Origin: the human T2T-CHM13v2.0 reference genome, Homo sapiens
NCBI RefSeq assembly: GCF_009914755.1
Contig: NC_060925.1
Length of the DNA: 64,000 nt
Reading direction: 5' to 3' (one strand)
Below are positions 53,460 through 64,000 of the stretch, piece after piece. The notes beneath the pieces are model-generated. The model was given only the letters and a program-made list of their open reading frames with translations, was not told where the DNA came from and did no database searches. A program made the position numbers and the translations under genes. Each line of letters opens with the position of its first letter. Within the stretch, counting starts at the first letter, position 1.

Positions 53460-55227
53460 TCAGGAAAACCACCTGCAGAGGCTGCAGAACAGTAAGAGTT
53501 AGCCAGGTGGTCAGGTGAAGGAACAATGAGGAGTACTATGGCACGGTGGCCAGGGAGAGCAGCAACATTTCAAAGTGGGATGCCAGAATAGTGAATTCCA
53601 AAAACTCCTGGGTCAAGTATGACTGGAACATAAGATGAGAGAAGTGGAAAGACAGGCAACCAGGCAGACAGGCAGGGTCCCGCTCAGGAAGGGCCCTCTA
53701 AGCCACTTGACGGAGTGTGGAATTTATCCTTTCAGCATTATGCAGTCACTGATCTTGTGTTTTTTTGTTTTGTTTTTTTTTTTTGAGACAGGGTTTCTCT
53801 CTGTTGCCCAGGCCACAGTGCAGTGATACGATCACGTCTCACTGCAGCTTTCACCTCCTGAGTTCAAGTAATCCTCCTATTTCAGTGTCCCTAGTAGCTG
53901 GGACTACAGGCATGCCACTATGCCCAACTAACTTATTTATTGTAGAGATGGGGTCTCACTATGTTACCCAGGCTGGTCTCAAACTACTGGCCTCAAGTGA
54001 TCCTCCTGCCTTGGGCTCTCAAAGTGCTGGGAGTATGGGCATGAGCTACCCCACTTGGACAACTGAGCTGTTTTAATCTGGAGAGTTTTGTGATCAGATT
54101 TTCCCTTTAATGAAATGAAGTTTTGGCCTTCACTGCAACATTTTTACTGTTTCTCAGAGTGTGGCCCATGAACAGTTTACATCAGAACCCTGGATCGCTG
54201 CAGGTATACATGTACAAATCAGAGTCTGTATTTCAACCTAGTTTCTTCCCTGATTCGTCACTGAACACGCACAGGCGTACATACTCTAAAGTTCTTTGAA
54301 GAACCTCCAATTTAACAGCTAGAAAAGCAGAGGAAAACCTGTATCTAATATTAAAGAACAATGACTCTTCAGAAAGCTACTCACATCTTAGCCAGAAGAT
54401 GGCGCAGGTTTTCCATTTACCTGGCTCCTGCCTGGCTAGAAAGATGGAAATCTTGTTCAAAAGAAATTGCTTGATCTCATTACTTAAGTCAGAAGAGGGC
54501 TCCCCAGAAATTATGATGGCAAGTGAGAAATGAGAAAGACTTATAACAGGTGGGAATAGGCATCCCATCTCCATAGATGCCACCCTTCTCTCCAGAAAGC
54601 ATAGCAAATTAGGACATGTCCACAAGGCTAGAAGAGTACTACACTCCCAAAAAGAAAGCTCTAAGCATCAGGTGCGGTGGCTCACGCCTGTAGTCTCAGC
54701 ACTTTGGGAGGCTGAGGTGGGCGGATCAGGAGGTCAGGAGTTCAAGACCAGCCTGGCCAACATGGTGAAACTCCGTCTCTACTAAAAGTACAAAAATTAG
54801 CCGGGCATGTTGGCAGGTGCCTGTAATCCCAGCTACTCAGGAGACTGAGGCAGGAATGAAACTGGGAGGTGGAGGTTGCAGTGAGCTGAGATTGTGCCAC
54901 TACACTCCAGCCTGGGTGACAAAGCAAGACTCCATGTCAAAAAATAAAAAATAAAAAAGCTCTAATTAATCCCTCCGCCTTTTTTTTTTTTTTTAATATA
55001 TTGGCTGCAGAGTTAGGGCCAGCCATTATAAGAGGGTAGGCCTTAATTTAGGAAAAACAGCAACTAGCCTCCATCCCCAGGTGCAAGTGAGAGAAGACCT
55101 CTAGTCCCAGCCGGGTACAGTGGCTCACTCTGGTAATCCCAGCACTTTGGGAGGCCAAGGTGGGCGGATCATGAGGTCAGGAGATAGATACCATCCTGGC
55201 TAACACGGTGAAACCCCATCTCTACTA

Positions 55228-55386
<159 letters not shown>

Positions 55387-55571
55387 TCAAAAAAAAAAAA
55401 AAAAAAATCACCTCTAGTCCCAGGGCTAGTGGACGGGGATGCACCAGGTTCCCTAGATTGTTGAACCCATCTTGCTGGTTCTCTTCCTTTGCTCCTAGTT
55501 TGAGTCCTGGCATCAGTGAGGGCTAGATGCAGAGCCCACCACGTTGGGACCTCCACTGAGAGTTAGTTTTG

Positions 55572-56838
<1,267 letters not shown>

Positions 56839-57099
56839 TTATGAGAGCACAGCATCCACACATTGTGCAAAATGCCTTGTTCTTCAAGACTCAGTTCCCT
56901 ATTACAACTTCCAAGAAACTTTTCCCCAGACATCCTCTGCAAGTTTTGCTAATGCAACTTCCTCTGCCATTCCATGAAACCTGTTGCTTGCTTATTTTTA
57001 CCTTTTCAATTAACATGTTGTGTTAAAATTACCTGTTTACAGAATCTATCTTTCCCAGGAGATGCTGTAATTGCCCAATGGGTTCACCTTGCCCACTGC

Positions 57100-57435
57100 T
57101 GTTGGGGTGATCAGACCCAACACCAGGTCATGGGGACGACGAAGTCCGGCGGAGTCAAAGGAATGATTAAAAAGACAGTTTGAGAGAAGTGGGCCCAGGG
57201 GGCCATCGTGTGAGGCTGCGAAGGCCCCAAGCTCTGGGAGCCCACGCTATTTATTGGTGCTCAAAGAAACAGGTGGTGAGGATGTGGGGTTTGAAAAGAA
57301 ACAGTGTATCAAGTGAATGAGAGACATATGGCTACTTGAGATAATGGCAGTGCTGGAAGCAAGGAGCCAGCAAGTCTAGCACACATGCAAGCTCTGCCTC
57401 AGCTTCTCTCCCAACACTCAGCTTTTCTCCCAACA
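57100..57435 (-). mobile_element. 3' LTR (336 bp), preceded by the polypurine tract at 57436-57454
   Basis: Direct repeat of 62086-62432. PPT aaaaaagagaaggggggca lies immediately upstream on the minus strand. Confidence 0.92.
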
Positions 57436-58219
57436 TGCCCCCCTTCTCTTTTTTGTAAAAACCGCCACAGCTATCATTATTACTAGCATAAGGTGGCCTC
57501 TTTCTAAAATTAATTGAGCAAGGCAATCACAGGCTGTGCAGCCCTTAATTGCCAGTTGGTGATCCAGCTTCATTTTTCTTAGCCCTTATTCAAAATGGAG
57601 TCGCTCTGGTTTGAATGCTTCCTACATATTTCCCCTTTCCCTTTTACAGAGGACCCTTAATCCTAGGGGTTGCAGAAGGATGAAGGTCCACCTTCTGTAA
57701 CTTCATGCTGAATAGGGGCGATGATACTCCTGCCTACCTATTAGGGTCTCTTGTATTCAGGGTAGAGAGGAGTTCAGTCAGAAAGCATTGGTTCGTTAAG
57801 TATCTATAGGTAAAACCCTGGCACTCCAGCACTTTCTCAGCATGGCTCATACTAGGGGAACCCAGTCCATGGTTGGGATCCATGGGTCCTTCCAGTCTCC
57901 TGTTCCATGGTCGTACACATCTTGAGGGCACCTACGTGGTTTGTTCATCTCCTGCAAAAACACAAGCATACCTTCACCCCCATGTTAGTAAATCTACTGA
58001 AACAGAAGCAAAAACGTTTGTGGCTGTAGCTGGGAGGCATGCTATTGCTGAAGCATTTGTAACTCAGCTTCTGCCTCTTTGGTTAATTACCATGGGGCAA
58101 AACTTACTGTTGATAACGAGAAGCAGGCCCCTTCTAACAGAAGGCACAGAGAAAGCAAATCAAGGCTTAAAAGCAATCCTTAAACCTTCAATTTGCACTG
58201 TACAGGTGGGTCCACTAGA

Positions 58220-59540
58220 TGTTGTGGTTCATGATAGAACTTTAGATGTTTGGTGGGCACCCACACAGGCACCTGATTGTCACCTGGAGAGACACAAGCA
58301 AATCCTCTTCCCCATAAAATTATCTTTCCTTTTTCCCAGTTCTTTGTATGTGCATCCCTCTACCATATATCTTGTCCAGCCTTTTTATTTTCCTTTTGTC
58401 CTGTCAGGAGTTGTTCAGCTGCCGTAATGGGTTGATCTTTTTGTAAATTTAAAAAATTTAATGTTAATAAAGCTAAATGCAATTGCATATGCGGTGTCTT
58501 ATATTCCTGGTCCCCTTTTGCTTTTGTATTTGAGTTTTTAAAGTACTATATTAGCTCTTTCCACTATTGCTTGTCCTCGTGAGTTATACGGAATACCTGC
58601 AGTATGGGTAATATTCCATTGTTGAAAAAATGTAGCCATGGCTTTACTATAGTATCCTGGGCTGTTACCAGTTTTGATTTTTTCGGGGATTCCCATAACT
58701 GAAAAGCAAGATAAAAGATGTCCTTTAACATGAGCTGTAGCTTACCCTGTTTGACATGTGGCCCAGATAAAATGTGAATAGGTACCTACTGAAACATGAA
58801 CAAAGGACAATTTTCCAAAAGCAGGAATATGTGTTACATCCATCTGCCAGATGGAATTTGGAGATAAACCTCTACGGTTAACTCCTGGTCCTTGATGTGG
58901 CAGATGCAGGACTTAGCAGGCAGAACAGTGTTGCACAATTTCTTTAGCTTGTTTCCATGATAGACCATATCTTTTTCTAATGCCTGCGGCATTAAGATGG
59001 GTTAAAGAATGAAATGTTTGTGCATCAGCAAAGGCTGCAGACAACAATGCATCCGCCCTTTGATTAAGTTTAGTTAAAGGGCCGAGGAGGTTAGTATGTG
59101 CTCTCAATATGAGTGATACAGAAAGGTGAATGCCTTTATTGTATTGCTTGCTGTAAAGAATGAAATAAAAGATACAGTTGTTCATCAGTCACATTTCGAG
59201 TTAAGGCACATTCAATCCAGTATTTTGGGATCATTGTTGGGGAGAGCAGCCCTGGTTATAGTGTGCCCATGGGTTGAATCACAGCATTAACAGCCCTTAA
59301 ATCTGTTAACATTCTCCACTTACCAGCTTTTTTCTTAATGACAAATACAGGAGAATTCCAAGGGGAGAAAGTAGGCTCTATATGTCCCTCTTGCAATTGT
59401 TCCTGCAACAGTTCTTTTAAAGCCTCCAGTTTTTCCTGTTTCCGCAGCCATTGCTCCACCCAAACCAGTTTGGCAGTTAGCCAAACAAGAGGAATGGGAG
59501 CCGGAGGCTCAACAATGGCCGCTCCTAAAAATGGCACCAC
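58220..59540 (-). pseudogene. pol: pol remnant: RT N-terminus fused to RNase H C-terminus, then integrase; most of RT deleted
   Basis: [13 protein letters not shown]...WRMLTDLR, then HTNLLGPL, the integrase HHCC (HSLTH...CSAC), WQMDVTH and the C-terminal VWVP. Confidence 0.9.
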
Positions 59541-59588
59541 AATCTGGTCCGACCTGTTTGCCCTTTTAATTCTAAAGGTTCTGATTGG

Positions 59589-60345
59589 TCATTTATCTTT
59601 TTCTAGTCCTTTTCCCAGGCGATATCCCATATTTTTCATCATTTGTCTACTATTATTACTATATTGATCCGTAGGAATAGATATTTCAGCATCCCATTGT
59701 TGCAATAAGTCTCTACCCCATATATTGACAGGAAGAGGTGTAATGATAGGCTGAATTGTCCCTTCCTGACCATCCAGCCCTTGACATGGTAAAATCAAAG
59801 AACTCTGAAAAACTTCCGAGGCAGCTCCTACTCCAACAATACCAATGGATGCCTTTCGCTTAGGCCAGTGCCAGGGCCATTGATTTACAGCAATAATAGA
59901 GACATCAGCTCCAGTATCTACTAGTCCTTCAGAATCTTTTCCCTGAATGGTTACTGTGCAAATAGGTCTTTTGTCAGACACTTGATTAACCCAATACACA
60001 GCCTTTCCTGCTGGATTAGTATTACCAAAGCCTCCTATTCTTTTCACTGTGCTGCTTCCTAGCTTTATGTAAGGTTAACAGCAACAACTGAGCAATTCTC
60101 TCTCCTGGGGAGGCAGACCACAGAGTCGAGGAACTAATAACTAATTTAATTTCTCCAGTATAATCAGAGTCAATTATTCCTCTATGTACAGTAACACCTT
60201 TTAAATTTAGACTAGATCTTCCAAGTAATAGACCGACTGTTCCTGACGGTAAGGGTCCCCTAACTCCCATGGGGACCTTCTCTGGTGGCTCCCCAAGAAG
60301 TAAGGAGATGGGAATTGTGCTGTAGAGGTCTACAGGCAGCAGCAC
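59589..60345 (-). pseudogene. pro: dUTPase-protease remnant (frameshifted)
   Basis: dUTPase motifs GRSS, GIIDSDYTGEI, ERIAQL and GGFG; protease LVDTGAD and WGRDLL; G-patch-like MGYRLGKGL. This is the betaretrovirus layout. Confidence 0.93.
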
Positions 60346-60372
60346 TGCCTGCTGAGGCGGGGGACAATTGTT

Positions 60373-61973
60373 TTACATTTGTAAGGGCACTGGCTGTGCC
60401 GGGTATGCCTCGGTTTGTTGAGGGGCTTGAGGTGGGCCCCTCTTCCCGTTTCCTGAAATAGGTTGTCCATCTTTGCTAAATTTAGAATGACAATGATTTC
60501 CCCAGTGATTGCCTTTCTTATACCAGGGACATATACCGGGACTTTTCTGTTGATTGATGGCAGTAGTTTTTGCCTTTTGATTTCCTTTTCTACATTCCTT
60601 TCTTGTATGTCCAAATTGCCCACAATTAAAGCAAGAGCCTGAGAAATGGGGCATACTCCTTCCTACTCTTAATCCAGCCATAGCCCAAGCTAAAACAGTA
60701 GCCTTATGTAAGTTACCTTCAATGCCATCACAAGCCTTAATATATTCAGCTAAATGAGCCTTCCCTCTCAGGGGTCTAATAGCAGTTTGACACTCTGCAT
60801 TAGCATTATCGTATGCAAGAAGCTGTATTACAACATCCTGAGCCGTTTTATCAGTTATGGCTTTATACACAGCCTCTTGGAACCAAGCAATAAAATCAAC
60901 ATATGGTTCTTTACGTCCTTGTCGGACAGAACTGAAAGAAGGATATTTTTCCCTGGTAACATTTATCCTTTCCCACGCCTGTAAGCACACAAAGCGCAGC
61001 TGAACAATGGCAACATCCTCCATTACTGCTTGATTCTCTAACCGACCCCAATTAGGGCCAACTCCCATTAACTGTTCAAAGGAAACAGGCACAGGTGGCT
61101 GTGCTTGTATGTTTTCCCTTGTCTGAGTTTGAGCTTCATCAGCCCACCAGGTTTTAAACTGCAAGTACTGAGATAGAGTGAGAACAGATTTTGTCAAAGT
61201 ATCCCAATCATACAGTGTTAACCTGTTATCAAGAGTCATATTTTTAAATAAAGTTTGCACAAAAGGAGGGTTCGGTCCGTATTAATGGTTTGCTTAAATT
61301 CCTTTAGTAACTTAAAAGGAAAAGCGGCCCAATTAGTTATATTCTGTCCTCCTTGCTGGATTATAGTAATGGGAAATTGCCATGCTTCAAGGTCTCCCTT
61401 GGCTGTAGCTTTTTGAATAGAATTTTGTATAGTACCACCAATCGCTCCAGGTTTTAATGTTGCAACTACAGAAGCAGTAAGTTTTTCAGCTAATTTCTTT
61501 TCTTGCCCATTAAGGGGAGAGACAGGAGGTGGCCATTCACTTAATTCAGCAGGTGGAAGCGATGGGCTAGTAAAACATACTTTTTTTATTTTCCTTTCTT
61601 TTCTTTAATCTCCTCTGGTAGCTGTTGCTCACACTCAGAATCTGAAGTTAGTTTTTTACACTTGTCCTCTTTCTCATCTGAATCTGCCTCATCATCTGTT
61701 TGAAATGGCTCAAGAGCCGTCTTTATTAGCACCCACACTGACCAAATGAAAACTGGAATTTCTGCTCCCTCTTTATATGCCTTTTTAAAATCTCTTCCAA
61801 TTCTCTCCCATTCATCCAACTCCACAGTCCCTTGTTCAGGAAACCATGGACAAAACTGCTTTACTGTACTAAAGAGTGATAACAAATTCTGAGTACTAAC
61901 TTACTCCCCCTCTTTGTAATAAATGCCTTAAGAAATGTAAATAAGCGGAATGTCTGCTTTCACTTTGTCCCAT
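60373..61973 (-). pseudogene. gag: gag remnant (frameshifted, with stops)
   Basis: Begins MGQSESRHSAYL; matrix motif FCPWFPEQGT; MHR-like VRQGRKEPYVDFI; one intact knuckle CFNCGQFGHTRKEC and one degenerate knuckle. Confidence 0.93.
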
Positions 61974-62063
61974 TGTTACTCTGGTTCTTCCAAGTGCTCA
62001 GCTTTCCTGTCAAGCTTCTTTTAGACCCCATGCTCTAGCGTTGCTTCACTGGGGTCTTTGTCA

Positions 62064-62081
62064 CCCCACGTTGGGCAGCCA
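62064..62081 (-). promoter_or_regulatory. Primer-binding site for tRNA-Lys(CUU)
   Basis: TGGCTGCCCAACGTGGGG, compared with the Lys1,2 consensus TGGCGCCCAACGTGGGGC. Confidence 0.88.
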
Positions 62082-62085
62082 GGAA

Positions 62086-62432
62086 TGTTGGGGTGATCAG
62101 ACCCAACACCAGGTCGTGGGGGCAACGAAGTCGGCAGAGTCAAAGGATTGAGAAAAAGACAGTTTGAGAGAGAGAAGTGGGACCAGAGGTCCATTGCTAT
62201 TGTGGAGGCTGCTAAGGCCCCAAGCTCTGGGAGCCCACACTATTTATTGGTAATCCAACAAAGAAACAGGTGGTGAGGATGTGGGGGTTGAAAGGAAACA
62301 GTGTATCAAGTGAATGAGAAACATATGGCTGCTTGACATAATGGCAGTGCTAGAAGCAAGGAGCCAGCAAGTCTAGGACACATGCAAGCCCTGCCTCAGC
62401 TTCTCTCCCAACACTCAGCTTTTCTCCCAACA
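62086..62432 (-). mobile_element. 5' LTR (347 bp)
   Basis: Starts TGTTGGGAGAAAAGCTGAG, ends ...CCCCAACA, contains AATAAA, and is followed by the PBS. Confidence 0.92.
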
Positions 62433-62837
62433 ACTGCCTAGACAGAGCACATTTATCAAGACAGGGGAATTGCAATAGAGAAAGAGTAATTCATGCAGAG
62501 CCGGCTGTGTGGGAGACCGGACTTTTCTTATTACTCTAATCAGTCTCCCCGAGCATTCGGGAAGCAGAGTTTTTAAGGATAACTTGGTGGGTTGGGGGAA
62601 GCCAATGAGCCAGGAGTGCTGATTGGTCAGGGATGAAAACATAAGGAGCTGAAGCTGTCTTCTTGCACTGAGTCAGTTCCTGGGTGGGGGCCACAAGATC
62701 AAATGAGCCAGTGTATTGATCTGGGTGGTACCTGCTGATCCATCAATTGCAAGGTCTGCAAAATATCTCAAGCACTGATCTTAGGAGCAGTTCAGGGAGG
62801 GTCAGAACTCGGTAGCCTCCAGCTGCGTGACTCCTAA

Positions 62838-63135
<298 letters not shown>

Positions 63136-64000
63136 TGAGCCACCGTGCCCGGCTTCTAAACCATAGTTTCTAATCTTGTGGCTAGCATTCGTCTTACAAA
63201 GGCAATCTAGGCCCCCGGCAAGAAGGAGGTCTGCTTTGAGAAAGGGCTGTCATTGTCTTTGTTTTAAACTATAAATTAAGTTTCTCTCAAAGTTAGTTCA
63301 GCCTATGCCCAGGAATGAACAGGGACAGCTTGGAGGTTAGAAGCAAGATAGAGCTGATTAGGTTAGATCTCTTTCACTGTCTCAGTCATAATTTTGCAAA
63401 GGCGGTTTCAATGCTAGACTATGAACTACTGCCAGGCTATGAGCTACTACATGAGCCATAGGCTATCAGCTACTGCTTTCCTACATATCAGGAATAGACT
63501 AGGGGAAAAGTATCATTCACAATAGTAATGAACATCAATTTTACAATTTTACTCAGGAATAATATATATATATATAATATATATATTTTAAACAGGGTCT
63601 CACTCCAACACCCAGGTTGGAGTGCAGTGGTGCATTCTCAGCTCACTGCAGCCTCAACTTCCTGGGCTCACGTGATCCACCCACCACAGCCTCCTGAGTA
63701 GCTGGGACTACAGGTGCGTACCACCATGCCTGGGTAATTTTTACACTTTTTATAGAGATAGGGTTTCGTCATGTTGTCCAGGTTGGTCTTGAACCCCTGG
63801 ACTCAAGCCATCCTCTAGTCTCGACCTCCCAAAGTGCTGGGCTTACAGGCATGAGCCACTGCACCCAGCTATTCAAGAATAATATCTACAAAAAAAAAAA
63901 TGTGTAAGATCTATTTCAGAGAAAAAAAAACATGCAAAAAGTTTAAACAGCTGGGCGTGGTGACTCATACCTGTAATCCCAGGGAGCCTGAGATGGGAGG

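Larger units (their letters stand above)
57100..62432 (-). mobile_element. Internally deleted class II ERV provirus, most like HERV-K14 (HML-1) with LTR14A-size LTRs
   Basis: Two TG...CA LTRs, ACTGC target-site duplication (57095-57099 and 62433-62437), Lys(CUU)-type PBS, PPT, and gag/dUTPase-pro/pol remnants. Family assignment is from recall of LTR size, PBS type and Gag N-terminus. Confidence 0.88.

Noticed and set aside
57873-58427. 184-aa plus-strand ORF antisense to the provirus
   Set aside because: It lies opposite integrase-end and env-remnant sequence and has no recognisable motif; probably chance.
60373-61260. 295-aa Gag ORF as a functional or domesticated gene
   Set aside because: It starts at a non-ATG codon mid-capsid, upstream gag is frameshifted, and the second zinc knuckle is degenerate.

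Overview
Primate, almost certainly human, genomic DNA. It is very Alu-dense, and nearly all entries in the ORF track are Alu artefacts. The + strand carries the last six coding exons and 3' UTR of PATJ (INADL): PDZ10, plus a 124-nt frame-switching cassette exon that decides between a short ...EQLQMTAD* tail and an extra complete PDZ domain. The 3' flank holds an ERV cluster: a solo HML-2 LTR5-type LTR, a MER4-type LTR, and an internally deleted HERV-K14 (HML-1)-like provirus nested inside a solo LTR8. The main unexplained signal lies in the 19.5-kb PATJ intron: a spliced antisense gene model (ATG 17671; coding exons 17671-17571 and 16704-15762; AATAAA 15576-15571). It predicts a 347-aa protein I do not recognise, with a C-x2-C-x10-C-x2-C motif that forms only across the splice junction, then acidic 17-18-aa repeats and a Pro-rich 54-bp minisatellite. 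Repeat subfamily names and gene identities come from recalled consensus sequences, not database searches.
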